A stretch of 64,000 bases of DNA from an uncultured delta proteobacterium (GTDB lineage Bacteria > Myxococcota > Myxococcia > Myxococcales > Myxococcaceae): assembly GCA_963713045.1 (NCBI GenBank), contig CAVQKE010000003.1:1344001-1408000 (forward strand), given 5' to 3'. Under the pieces are notes generated by a model. It had not been told where the DNA came from. It saw only the letters and a program-made list of their open reading frames with translations, and did no database searches. Position numbers and translations under genes: made by a program. Of this stretch, positions 1 through 9,211 are shown piece by piece. The first letter of the stretch is position 1. Every line of letters begins with the position of its first letter.

Positions 1-5
1 GGTGC

Positions 6-1340
6 GTGAATGACCTCGCCAAAGCCAAGCTGGTGGCCGATGCACTTCGCCCGTTCGTCCTGACAGCGCAGGCCGACCCGTCTACCGGCGTCGCTTGGCA
101 CCAATGCGATGCGATTCACCACCTATTTCTGGGTCGCGTGCAGGAGGGCCTCGAGGCGGTGCGTCGCGGCTTCGCCCTTTCGGCGGACTCTGGTTTTCAC
201 ATTTGGGATGGCTTTCTCACTCAGAGTTACATCTTTGCAGCTCTCCAGACAGGCGACCTCGTCGCCGCCGAGCGAGAGCTTCAACGCTTGGATGACTTGC
301 GCCGGGCCGGGGCGCCGATGGTTGCAGCCATCTTCCACCACTGCGCCGTCCTGCTGGCGCGCAGACGCGGGGACGTGCAGCTGGCACGCGAGCACGCTCG
401 CCTCTGTCGCGAGCTGACCACCGCCGAAGGCTCTAAGCAGGCAGAGCTCCTTCTCGGCATCACGTGCGTGCTGGCGGCGCCGCCAGATGAAGTCGAATTC
501 GAATTAGAAGCAATGCTTGTGCTGGCTCGACGGTACCGCCAGCGTCTCGTCCAAGCGACGAGCTTGCTGGCGCTTGCGCTGTTGAGGGCGGCCCGCGGTG
601 ACGAGGCGGAGGCTGTGACTTGCCTCCGCGAGGGTTTCGCTACTGCCCGGGAGCTGGGCGTTCTGTTCTTTGTGTCACTTGAGCCCGGTGAACTGTCCGA
701 CTGTTGTGCACTCGCTCTGGAGCACGGAATCGAGTCACAGTACGTCTGCGAGCTCATCCGAACGCAACGGCTCCCGGCGGGCGAACGTGCCAGCGGACTT
801 GAGGCCTGGCCCTGGAACCTTCGAATCCAGGCACTCGGGGCGTTCGCCATCACGATGGAGGGGCAGCCCATGGTGACGGGCCGCAAGGAGCAGAAGAAGC
901 CCTTAGCGATGCTTCGCCTCTTGGTGGCGACGGGGGTTGGGGGGATGCGCCAGCATCTTCTTGCCGAGGCTCTCTGGCCAGACGCCGACGGTGACGCGGC
1001 ACAACGCGCGCTCGTGACGACCGTGTACCGCCTCCGGCGTCTCCTGGGGAAGAAGGAGTTCCTCCTGCATCAAGGGGGACGGGTCTCCCTAGACTCGAAA
1101 TGTGTCTTCGTGGATGCCTGGGTCGTGGAGCGGATGCTCGACTCCATCGAAGCGAGTCGGGCGGGAAAAGCCCCCGACACCGCGCGCGTGGTAGCTGTCT
1201 CGGCCCGAGTCAGGGAGCTCTACCGGGGCGGTCTTCTGGCTGACAGCGATGAACCGTTCATTGAGGGAGCACGACAACGGCTTCACCAGAGAGTGGCGCA
1301 GTGCCTTTCGGTCTCCCCGCTGGCTCCGCCGCCGCGGTGA
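6..1340 (+). CDS. SARP/BTAD-type transcriptional regulator (TPR-like region, OmpR-type wHTH, short BTAD); 5'-partial
   Basis: WPWNLRIQALGAF, KKPLAMLRLLVA, LAEALWPDADGDAAQRALVTTVYRLRRLLG, VDAW and LYRGGLL are typical of MalT/SARP-like proteins. Confidence 0.8.
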   Translation: MNDLAKAKLVADALRPFVLTAQADPSTGVAWHQCDAIHHLFLGRVQEGLEAVRRGFALSADSGFHIWDGFLTQSYIFAALQTGDLVAAERELQRLDDLRRAGAPMVAAIFHHCAVLLARRRGDVQLAREHARLCRELTTAEGSKQAELLLGITCVLAAPPDEVEFELEAMLVLARRYRQRLVQATSLLALALLRAARGDEAEAVTCLREGFATARELGVLFFVSLEPGELSDCCALALEHGIESQYVCELIRTQRLPAGERASGLEAWPWNLRIQALGAFAITMEGQPMVTGRKEQKKPLAMLRLLVATGVGGMRQHLLAEALWPDADGDAAQRALVTTVYRLRRLLGKKEFLLHQGGRVSLDSKCVFVDAWVVERMLDSIEASRAGKAPDTARVVAVSARVRELYRGGLLADSDEPFIEGARQRLHQRVAQCLSVSPLAPPPR

Positions 1341-1438
1341 AGGATGCTTCTTGCCCTGGGCTGACCAGAATTTCTTAGGCCGCCTCGCAGTCCTCTGCGT
1401 TTTCTGCGGCGTCATTGGCCTCGCACCGGCGGGTCTGG

Positions 1439-1852
1439 CTAGGGTGGAACCATTGGCGGCGACACTTGCTTAACTGAAGGACCCGCCTTGACCTCGGACA
1501 TGCGGGCGAGCACATAGGCGCCTACCGCCATTACGACGTCCCGGACGGCGATGTCGAAGTAATGGCCGGTGGTGAGTAAATTCAGAGCGATGAGGAGGAG
1601 CCAGGCCGCCACCACATACGCGGCGTAGCGGGTGAAGCGCGTCAGCACGAAGACGCCGGCGAGAATCTCCACCACACCCACCACGTGCATGAAGGTGGAA
1701 GGCTCCAGCCCAAACCGAGGAAGGACGGGGCTCAGGTAATCCGCCCAGCGCGTCAGAAGGTTCGTAAATTTGTCGAGTCCGGCGACGATCGGCACCAGCC
1801 CATACGCCAATCGCAGCGCCCACCAGGAAGAATTCAGTCGGCTATCCAACAT
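1439..1852 (-). CDS. DoxX-family membrane protein
   Basis: 137 aa, about 4 hydrophobic segments; LRLAYGLVPIVAGLDKF, GVVEILAG, DIAVRD. Confidence 0.75.
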   Translation of the reverse strand: MLDSRLNSSWWALRLAYGLVPIVAGLDKFTNLLTRWADYLSPVLPRFGLEPSTFMHVVGVVEILAGVFVLTRFTRYAAYVVAAWLLLIALNLLTTGHYFDIAVRDVVMAVGAYVLARMSEVKAGPSVKQVSPPMVPP

Positions 1853-1993
1853 GGTTCAGTCCTCCTCAGTCCGGTCTCCGTCCGTTAGAGGGGTGAACGT
1901 CTTCCGAGGTGACAGGCCCTGGCGGGGCAAGCCCCTGGTCACCTTTCCGAGGCCCCTTGCGTCTAAGGTGTCGAACGAAGGGGAGGCGGTGCG

Positions 1994-2689
1994 ATGTCCC
2001 TTGCTGCCACCGTTGCCACCTGGTCCCGGACGCGTGTGCCCGACGACGAGGAGATTGTCCGACGTGTGCTCGCCGGTGAGGTGGCGCTCTTCGAAGTCCT
2101 GATGCGACGGAACAACCAACGCCTCTACCGGGCGGTGCGCTCCGTCATTCAATCCGAATCGGAAGTGGAAGAGGTGATGCAGCAGGCCTACATCGCGGCC
2201 TTCGGTGCCCTTTCCGGGTTTGCGCACTCGGCCAAGTTTTCGACGTGGCTCGTCCGGATTGCCCTCAACGCAGCGCTTTCGGCTCGGCGCCGTCCGTCAG
2301 CCGTGGTGATGCCCTCCCCGAGTGATGACGAGGAGGACTGCTTGGAGCTCATCCGTGACCGACAACCCACCCCCGAAGAAAACGCGAGCGCCCGGGAGTT
2401 GGGCCATGTCCTGGAGAGGGTCCTCGATGGGTTGCCTCAGCGCTACCGAAGCGTCCTGATGTTACGGGAAGTGGAAGGGCTGACCACGGCGGAGACCGCC
2501 GAGGCGCTGGCCGTCAGTGAGGATGTCGTCAAGACGCGCCTGCGCCGCGCCAAAGTCATGGCTCGGGACACCCTGTACGCATGGACGAAGGACGGCGCCG
2601 GAGAGTCGTTTCAGTTTCACGCACCCCGATGCGACCGCGTCGTCGCTGCCGTCCTGGCGCAGGTCTTCAGCGCGCCGCCGGCTGGCTGA
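1994..2689 (+). CDS. ECF sigma-70 factor with C-terminal FHAPRCDRVV extension
   Basis: Region 2 (FEVLMRRNNQRLYRAVR, EEVMQQAY, FSTWLVRIALN) and region 4 (LPQRYRSVLMLREVEGLTTAETAEAL..VKTRLRRA). Confidence 0.9.
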   Translation: MSLAATVATWSRTRVPDDEEIVRRVLAGEVALFEVLMRRNNQRLYRAVRSVIQSESEVEEVMQQAYIAAFGALSGFAHSAKFSTWLVRIALNAALSARRRPSAVVMPSPSDDEEDCLELIRDRQPTPEENASARELGHVLERVLDGLPQRYRSVLMLREVEGLTTAETAEALAVSEDVVKTRLRRAKVMARDTLYAWTKDGAGESFQFHAPRCDRVVAAVLAQVFSAPPAG

Positions 2690-2746
2690 CGGACCCGCCA
2701 CACTTCTGCCCCTTCACTCGGCCTGCACCCCGGGTTGGGCGCCGGG

Positions 2747-3001
2747 TCAATTGGAGCGCGGGAAGGCGCGTGCCTCATCCCCGCCATCTTGGCCTTGGCC
2801 CCCGCCGTCGCGAGGACCGCCATCGCCGTTGTCGTCGTTGTTGCCGCCGTCGTCGTCGTCAATTCCACCGTCATCGTCATTGACGCCGCCGTCGTTGACG
2901 GCCAAGGCACCCACCAGCTGGTCCGCGGTGCAAGCGAGGGACGTCCCCAACAGGAGGCACACCGCCAACAACACACCCGGAGAGCGCATCCTGGTGGCCA
3001 T
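2747..3001 (-). CDS. Small acidic lipoprotein with DGG repeats
   Basis: Hydrophobic signal with lipobox SLAC, then repeated DGG/DDDGG; start codon overlaps the stop of the upstream gene at 3001. Confidence 0.6.
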   Translation of the reverse strand: MATRMRSPGVLLAVCLLLGTSLACTADQLVGALAVNDGGVNDDDGGIDDDDGGNNDDNGDGGPRDGGGQGQDGGDEARAFPRSN

Positions 3002-3717
3002 TACCGGCGCAGCGCGGCGTCAATGTTGGGCTGCTGAATGCTGTGCGGGTGTTCCTTTCGGAAACGCTCCGCACGGCGCGAAGCCTCGGCGCGGTGTCCC
3101 TGCCGGACGAGGAGGCGAATGGTGAGTGCCTCGCGTTCCTCGGAGAGACGGCCCGTGGGAAACAGCTGCGCGTGGCGTTGCAAGAGCTGCTGGGCCTCGC
3201 CCAGCTGACCGCGCGCAATGGCCCCTCGGGCCTGGTCCAGCAGCGAGCGTTCCGGGCCCAGCGTGTCCGCGGCCGGCGGCGGGGGAGCCTCCTCGACGGC
3301 AGGTGGGGCGGAGGAAACGGAAAGCGCTGGGGCCGGCGGGGGGGCCGGCGCGACGTGTTGCCGGTGGGCAGCGGCCTCGCTGGCAGCGCGCTGGTGCGCG
3401 CGCACCTGCACGTAAGCGACGGTGCTTCCGGTGACGGTGCTGGCAGCCACCACGCCCAGCACCACGGCCTTCTTGAAGAGGAGGGCTTTGCTGAGGGTAC
3501 CGACGAGGCTTTCCGCCGGAAGGGGGCTCGCGCCGCCACCGGCACTGGCTGCGGTGGCGACCGCGCCGGCGGCCCCAAGGCCCGCGGCCACGCCCAGCGT
3601 CGCCGCCAGCTGCATCCGCACCCGCTCCTTGGCGCCCTCGGGGGGCGCCAGGGCCGCCGCGTCCGCGCGGCTGAGGGCCTCCCAGCCCTCCGGCAAGTCG
3701 TCTGCAATGCCACTCAT
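3001..3717 (-). CDS. Putative anti-sigma membrane protein with C-terminal TPR-like domain
   Basis: Coupled (4-nt overlap) to an ECF sigma; TM segment, Pro-rich linker, ERSLLDQARGA...FPTGRLSEEREAL...AERFRKEHPHS helical repeat. Confidence 0.65.
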   Translation of the reverse strand: MSGIADDLPEGWEALSRADAAALAPPEGAKERVRMQLAATLGVAAGLGAAGAVATAASAGGGASPLPAESLVGTLSKALLFKKAVVLGVVAASTVTGSTVAYVQVRAHQRAASEAAAHRQHVAPAPPPAPALSVSSAPPAVEEAPPPPAADTLGPERSLLDQARGAIARGQLGEAQQLLQRHAQLFPTGRLSEEREALTIRLLVRQGHRAEASRRAERFRKEHPHSIQQPNIDAALRR

Positions 3718-4289
3718 CGCGCTCCTCGCAGGACGGCGGCGACTTTGGCCCGGCCCAGCCTCAGCCGGGAGTAGACGGTATTGAGCGGGACGTTGAGTTC
3801 CTCGGCAATTTGCGGCACTGGAATTCCGTGGAGGTCGTGCATCACCACCACCGCCCGCTGGTCGAGGTCCACGTGCGCCAGCGCTGCGTGCAGCTGGCTA
3901 CTGGCTTCGCGCGACGCGTAGGTGGCCTCTGGGCCCTGACTGCCGTCGGGCACCTCGTGGGCCGGCTCGTCAAGGTCAACCTCATGGCGGCGCTGGCGGC
4001 GCCATTGGGCGGCAATGCGGAAGGCAATCCCCAAAAGCCAGGGGCGAAGCGGACGCGCACTGTCGTACGTCGCAAAGCGTCGGTGGGCCACCACAAACAC
4101 GTCATGCACCGCATCTTCCACATCCGCCGCCGGTACGCCCAACCGCCGCAAATAAAGCCAAACCCCTTCAAACTCGGCGTCGTAGGCAGCCGCAAAGTCC
4201 GGGGAAGGGGACACTTCGGCCTTTGCGGCAAGCGTGAGAGCAGCGGACACTCCATCTCTTGCTTGTCCGCTGTCGGTCACTTCCGTCAC
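3714..4289 (-). CDS. ECF sigma-70 factor
   Basis: VWLYLRRLGV..DVEDAVHDVF, LRPWLLGIA, QRAVVVMHDLHG..IAEELNVPLNTVYSRLRLGR; start moved to GTG 4289 to avoid overlap with the upstream gene. Confidence 0.9.
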   Translation of the reverse strand: MTEVTDSGQARDGVSAALTLAAKAEVSPSPDFAAAYDAEFEGVWLYLRRLGVPAADVEDAVHDVFVVAHRRFATYDSARPLRPWLLGIAFRIAAQWRRQRRHEVDLDEPAHEVPDGSQGPEATYASREASSQLHAALAHVDLDQRAVVVMHDLHGIPVPQIAEELNVPLNTVYSRLRLGRAKVAAVLRGAR

Positions 4290-4291
4290 CC

Positions 4292-5623
4292 TTAGAAGAG
4301 CACGAAGAGTCCGGCCGCGAGACTGAAAGCCAGTGTGGGCGAGGTCCACGCTGTCTCCGGGGCTGGTTCTGCTGCTACCTGAATGCGTGTCTGGACGGCA
4401 TTAACGAGGCCTTCTGCCTGCAGTCGCAGTCCCACTGGGTGAGCAAATACCCAGTCCCATTGGGCCCGCACACCGAGTTGCAGCACCCAGCTACTGGCGC
4501 TTTGCACTGTGGGGTAGCCGCTCCCGGTCGAGGTGAGGGGCCCGGTTTGCACCACCGCGCACAAGCCAAAGCCGCTGAGGGTGCCGCAGCCCACCAGCGC
4601 GCCCGTCACCAGCGTGCTGGAAATGCTGCCGCTGGAAAAGGGGAAGGAAGTGGACGGGAGCCAGCCCGCTTCGAGTTCCACCGAGAAAAACTGCCAGGCG
4701 ACCCCTCCATGAAGAAACACGCCGAAGGCGTTGCGCTTGACGAAGCCCACCGTCCACGCTCCGTCCACCCCGACAATGCCGTGCCATGGCCGGGCCGCTT
4801 CAGAAGGGCTGGCCGCGGTGGCCTCCGGTGCGGCCGAGGCCACCGGTGGGGGCGGGAGCGGCGGCGGAGGCTCGGGCGCAGGGGTGGCTACGGTCGGCGC
4901 CCCAGCGTCCGGCGTCGCTGCCTCCGGCGCTCCAGCGTCCGGCGTCGCCGCGTTCGGTATCCCGGCATCCACTTCGGCCAAGGGCTCGAGCGCCGGAACA
5001 CCGGCGTCCAATGACACCGCGGGTGGAGTGGCAACCGGTGCGGACCTGGCGGGGGGTTGGGGTCTCGGCCTGGGCGGTGTGGGTACGGCGGTTGCCGTTG
5101 CACCCGGACTGGAAGCTGCGGCGCCGGCGAGCGCGACCCCAGCACCACCCTCTCGCACCGTGGCCGCGCCGGAGGCTGAGCTTTCGGCCGGTGGGACGGC
5201 CGGCACCGCCGGGACAACCCGTGGAGGCGGGGGTTGGGCCAGCGGGTCAATGGCCAGCGCAATGGCCAGGGCCATGGCTGCGCCCAGCTCCTCGCAGCTT
5301 GGCCCGTTGGCGGAGAGTTCCCGGACGCCGAGGCTCTTGTGCGTCCGGGCGTCCTTCAGCTGGATGCGCGCATGAAACGTCCCGCCGGCCGCCCACAGCA
5401 CAGCCGTCAGTCGCCGCCGGGAATTTTTGTCAAACGGCCGGTAGCCGAGAATGGCCGTCACCTGCTCGCGCACCTCCTTCTGAGAGGGGCAGCTGTCTGC
5501 GCTTGCACGCCGCGTGACTTCCAGGGAGGCATGGCTGTGGTGGGCCGTCGTTGCGGCGAAGGACAGCGCCGGCAAAAACGGTGCGGCGAGCGCAAGGAAT
5601 GCGCGGCGCGGCCAGTGCGTCAT
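4292..5623 (-). CDS. Exported protein: N-terminal Cys-containing domain, Pro/Ala linker with PDAG repeats, C-terminal beta-barrel-like domain
   Basis: Signal MTHWPRRAFLALAA (twin-Arg-like), amphipathic strands, terminal Phe. Confidence 0.6.
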   Translation of the reverse strand: MTHWPRRAFLALAAPFLPALSFAATTAHHSHASLEVTRRASADSCPSQKEVREQVTAILGYRPFDKNSRRRLTAVLWAAGGTFHARIQLKDARTHKSLGVRELSANGPSCEELGAAMALAIALAIDPLAQPPPPRVVPAVPAVPPAESSASGAATVREGGAGVALAGAAASSPGATATAVPTPPRPRPQPPARSAPVATPPAVSLDAGVPALEPLAEVDAGIPNAATPDAGAPEAATPDAGAPTVATPAPEPPPPLPPPPVASAAPEATAASPSEAARPWHGIVGVDGAWTVGFVKRNAFGVFLHGGVAWQFFSVELEAGWLPSTSFPFSSGSISSTLVTGALVGCGTLSGFGLCAVVQTGPLTSTGSGYPTVQSASSWVLQLGVRAQWDWVFAHPVGLRLQAEGLVNAVQTRIQVAAEPAPETAWTSPTLAFSLAAGLFVLF

Positions 5624-5775
5624 ATCCCCTGCTGTCGAGGCCGGAGGCCCGGCGCGAGGCGGCACTTTCCAGAAAGCCGGCACCAAACTCAACTTTCCGT
5701 TTCACGGGAGGGCGCGGCCTGGCGAGTGGTGGAACGCGGAAAGGAAAGCAACCGCGGGACGCCGGAGAGGGGCGT

Positions 5776-6228
5776 CTAGCGCTGTGCCGGCCGCCGGCAA
5801 CGGGCGGCCAGCAGGACGAGGGCCAAAAGGGCCACCCCACCCGCCCCCGGCGTGGGGCCCTGCCCGGTGAGGTTGAAGCAGCCATAGCTGGGCTGGGGGA
5901 CGGCGCCCGCGCCCGGGTTGTTTGGGTCGAGCCCCTCCTTCAGGTAGGTAATGTACGGGCTCATTTCCCCCTCTGCAGCTGCCAGGGCCGTGTCGAGGGA
6001 CGTCAGGCTGCAGCAGACCAGTCCTCGAGAACGCATGTACGACCCAAAGGGCGTGGTCACCGTGCCGTACCCGGTGACGCCGTTGGCGTGGCAGATGGCG
6101 CACTGGGGCGTGTAGTTGAGGCTCAGCTGCTTCTGGATTTCGGCCGGGTAAATGGACGAAGCCCCTGCCGGCCGGGCGTCGAGAAGCAAGCAAGCCGCAA
6201 GGACGAGGAGGGGCGTGGCGCATTTCAT
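5776..6228 (-). CDS. Monoheme c-type cytochrome-like protein with MYXO-CTERM-like tail
   Basis: Signal peptide, CAICH, C-terminal YGC...GGVALLALVLLAARCRR; ATGA overlap at 6225-6228. Confidence 0.7.
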   Translation of the reverse strand: MKCATPLLVLAACLLLDARPAGASSIYPAEIQKQLSLNYTPQCAICHANGVTGYGTVTTPFGSYMRSRGLVCCSLTSLDTALAAAEGEMSPYITYLKEGLDPNNPGAGAVPQPSYGCFNLTGQGPTPGAGGVALLALVLLAARCRRPAQR

Positions 6229-7472
6229 AGGTACACGTGGAGCTGGATGAGGAAGGAGAAGGTGTTGGTGGAGCTGGTGGGCGTCGGTTGGTAGCGGTAG
6301 AGGCCGTCCAGCCGGATTTCGGTGTGGGGCAAGCAAAACCAGTCGAGCGTCAGCCACGTCCCGACGGCCGTCCCATTCACCCCGTAGCTGGTCAGTGTCT
6401 CAACGGCCGGGGCCAGGTGCAGCCCTTGGATGAATTCCCAGTCCACCTGGAGCCAAGTCACCCCGTTGGGTTGGTAAATGCCGCTGCCGAGCGTGTTGTT
6501 GAGGTAGACGTCTGCCTCCACCATCACCACCACCGGCTCGATGGGCGCCCAGCGCGAGAAGGCCCCGTACACCTGTCGAAGGACGGGACTCGGCGTGCCG
6601 GGGGTGAGGTCGGCGCGCGTCACCAGCGCGCTGAAGCCCACTGTCGTCCGTTCTGCCACCGGCACTTCAACCAGCCCACTGAAGCCGCGCTGGCGGTAGG
6701 CGTCGGGGCTGACGTTCAGGTTTCCGACAATGGCTTCCACTTCGGTGCGCACCTTGCCGTTGTCAAAAGCGACGGACAAACCGCTCTGCTGCGAATAGTT
6801 GATGTCCGTTCCGGTATTGTTTCTGACCCAGGCGGTGTGCTCGACGTTGCGCAGCCCGAACGGGAGGTTGATTCGCCCAAGCCGGATGAGCAGGCTGTCG
6901 TCGGGCTGCAGCCCAATCCAGTAGTCCCGGGCCAACAACTGCTCCGTCCCGGCGGTGTTGGTGATGACGACGGCGGGGAGGGTGAAGGGCGTGGTGCCCC
7001 AACCGATGGAGCCGCCCGCCCGGAAAATGCCAAACTTCAATTCGGCTCTGGCGTCGAGCAACATCATCAAAAAGCGCCGGTCACTTTCGGTGATGGCCGC
7101 GGTCGTCGGCGTGGCGGCCGTCGTCTCCGTCACCCAAAACTCGGCTCCCCGAAAGGTAATTTGCGCGAGGAGCCAGTCCGGCATGGGGAACGCGCCGAAC
7201 ATGAAGTTGGCGTAGGACGGGGCCTCGTCGCCTTTGATGGGCGAGCCGTAGTTCATCTGCATCAACAGCACCGACTGGGCTCGCCCGTAGTCCGTCAGCA
7301 ACCCGGCCCCCGACGGGTCGACGTGGCACACGCCACACCCGGTGTAGTCGTGCCGAATCATCCACGGGTACGCCTGGGCGGACGGGGGGCCGAGCAGCAG
7401 CGCCAGCGCCCCGGCCAGCAGCCCCGCGCGCAACCCCCGTCTCTTCGCAGCCCGCCCTCGCTCGGTGCGCAC
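6225..7472 (-). CDS. Outer-membrane beta-barrel (porin-like) with N-terminal CxxCH
   Basis: Signal ending AQA, then YPWMIRHDYTGCGVCH; aromatic amphipathic strands; ends FLIQLHVYL; start taken as GTG 7472. Confidence 0.65.
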   Translation of the reverse strand: MRTERGRAAKRRGLRAGLLAGALALLLGPPSAQAYPWMIRHDYTGCGVCHVDPSGAGLLTDYGRAQSVLLMQMNYGSPIKGDEAPSYANFMFGAFPMPDWLLAQITFRGAEFWVTETTAATPTTAAITESDRRFLMMLLDARAELKFGIFRAGGSIGWGTTPFTLPAVVITNTAGTEQLLARDYWIGLQPDDSLLIRLGRINLPFGLRNVEHTAWVRNNTGTDINYSQQSGLSVAFDNGKVRTEVEAIVGNLNVSPDAYRQRGFSGLVEVPVAERTTVGFSALVTRADLTPGTPSPVLRQVYGAFSRWAPIEPVVVMVEADVYLNNTLGSGIYQPNGVTWLQVDWEFIQGLHLAPAVETLTSYGVNGTAVGTWLTLDWFCLPHTEIRLDGLYRYQPTPTSSTNTFSFLIQLHVYL

Positions 7473-7483
7473 CCGGTTTGGGC

Positions 7484-8029
7484 TTAGGCCTCCACCAGGC
7501 GGAAGGTGACGCTGATGTCCACCGGCGGCTTCACGGTGATGCCCAGGTAGGTGGGCGTCGCGATGTCGTAGTCGTTCATGTTGACGTGGACATCGCCTTG
7601 CACGTCGTAGGCATTCCCTTTGCGCACCGCTCGGTAGTGGAATGTCACCGGCCTGGACTTGCCGTGGATGGTCATCGTGCCGGGCGCTGTTGCGTCGACG
7701 GTGGCCCCCTCGGAGGGAAACTTGAGGGCCGAACGGGGCACCGCCAGCTCGGCCGTCGGGTACTTGGGCGACTCGAGGTACTTCTCCTGCATGTGGCTGT
7801 CCCGGATACCGATGCCGGTGGAGATTTTCGCCACTGGGACGGTGAGCACCAGGGCTTCGCCCTTGTCGCTCGTCTGCAACTCGCTGCCCGTTCCCTCGAT
7901 GCGCAAGCCCCCGGGACCCACGCAGGTGAAGGTGATTTTGGCCTCTTTGGCCTGAAGGGCCGCGAACACCAGGCCCGGAATGGCGCAGCACAGCGCCAGC
8001 AAGCTCCATGAAAAGCGACGTCGACGCAT
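7484..8029 (-). CDS. YceI-family lipid/polyisoprenoid-binding protein
   Basis: TGIGIRDSHMQEKYLESPKYP and GTMTIHGKSRPV motifs; GGAGG RBS upstream. Confidence 0.85.
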   Translation of the reverse strand: MRRRRFSWSLLALCCAIPGLVFAALQAKEAKITFTCVGPGGLRIEGTGSELQTSDKGEALVLTVPVAKISTGIGIRDSHMQEKYLESPKYPTAELAVPRSALKFPSEGATVDATAPGTMTIHGKSRPVTFHYRAVRKGNAYDVQGDVHVNMNDYDIATPTYLGITVKPPVDISVTFRLVEA

Positions 8030-8143
8030 GAAACGCACCTCCAAGAAAGTCCTGCGTAATTTGTGGCACGGCATGAGGCTGTTCCTTCGCCGCACGGCGA
8101 GGCCTCGTACGTGGTTGTCCCATTCGCAGTCCAAGGACACCGC

Positions 8144-9025
8144 CTAAGGCAAAGCGATGCGGCCGGGAGCGCCGTCGGCCCCGGTTTCGGTGTGACAGCT
8201 GTTGCAGTCGCCGGAGGGGACGGCAGTTGTCATGGCCCGCGTCCCGCCGTCGAAGCGGACGGTTGCGGTGATGGGGAAGGTGAGGCTCGCATCGCCGTAG
8301 AAGTTGCCGTTGGCGTTGGCTGTGAAGGACGCCGTGGTGCCGGCGCTGTCCATCACGGTGACCACCGCGCCGGCCGACGTCGAGGCCACGCAGTCATTGG
8401 GCTCGTGCCCGGTCGGGTAGACGGTGCCCCCGACGTTAAATCCCGGCCCCCCTTGGGCTTGGTGACAGGCGATGCAGGCCTCGCCGGGCCGCATGTTTCC
8501 ACCCTCGGAGCCGGTGTACGTCACTCCGCTGGTGCAGACGGGAGGCCCGCTGAAGGCCGGGTCCACCGCCACCGCGCCGGCATCCGGCACACTGGCGCAA
8601 CTGCCGGCTGGCATGCCCGCGTCTACCCAGCCTGCAAACGCGGCTTGCTGGGCCGCTGGCACCCCGGGGTTGGGGCTGGGCGGCATGGGAGCTGTCGTGC
8701 TGGCCATGCGCACCAATGCCCGCTGGCCGTTGGTTTGGCTGGGGTAGCCAGGCGACGGCGCTTGCAGCGCAGCCAGCGTGTTAAGCGGCTGCGGAGCCCC
8801 ATTGGCCGTCGGCGAGCCGTGGCACCCGAGGCAGCTGGCCGCCAGCACGTCCGCCGCGGCGCACGGTAGGTCCAACGAAGCGGCCGACGCGATGCCCCCG
8901 TCTCCGCCGGTCGCGGCGGCCGGCACCGTGTCTCCTGGCAGGGAGGTGGATTGCCCAATGCAACCCGAGCCCAGCGCGCACAGCGCTGCGGTGAGAAGGA
9001 CGAGGGCCAGCCAGGGCGAGCGCAT
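8144..9025 (-). CDS. Triheme c-type cytochrome lipoprotein
   Basis: Lipobox GSGC; CLGCH, CIACH, CNSCH; PMPP candidate distal Met. Confidence 0.8.
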   Translation of the reverse strand: MRSPWLALVLLTAALCALGSGCIGQSTSLPGDTVPAAATGGDGGIASAASLDLPCAAADVLAASCLGCHGSPTANGAPQPLNTLAALQAPSPGYPSQTNGQRALVRMASTTAPMPPSPNPGVPAAQQAAFAGWVDAGMPAGSCASVPDAGAVAVDPAFSGPPVCTSGVTYTGSEGGNMRPGEACIACHQAQGGPGFNVGGTVYPTGHEPNDCVASTSAGAVVTVMDSAGTTASFTANANGNFYGDASLTFPITATVRFDGGTRAMTTAVPSGDCNSCHTETGADGAPGRIALP

Positions 9026-9211
9026 CCGGGTGGCCTCAGTGTTGAAGGTGGGGCGCCCGTTGCGGTGGAAGGTGCCCCTGAGGACGCCGACGGATGCGCC
9101 CCCTCTCGAAGCAGACAGTTCTGGGCTGTTTCATGCGAGGGATTGTCGCCATGGCTACCGCTCCGTCACGGGCGGTGGTTGAGGGCACGTGGGACTTCAA
9201 CCCACCCCCCT

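Noticed and set aside
4880..4980. Short tandem DNA repeats (ccagcgtccggcgtcgc)
   Set aside because: They encode PDAG linker repeats within a CDS and are not a CRISPR array
7473..8123. N-terminal extension of the 632-aa ORF (likewise the 660-, 639-, 747- and 593-aa ORFs)
   Set aside because: The extensions overlap neighbouring real genes in other frames; better starts exist downstream
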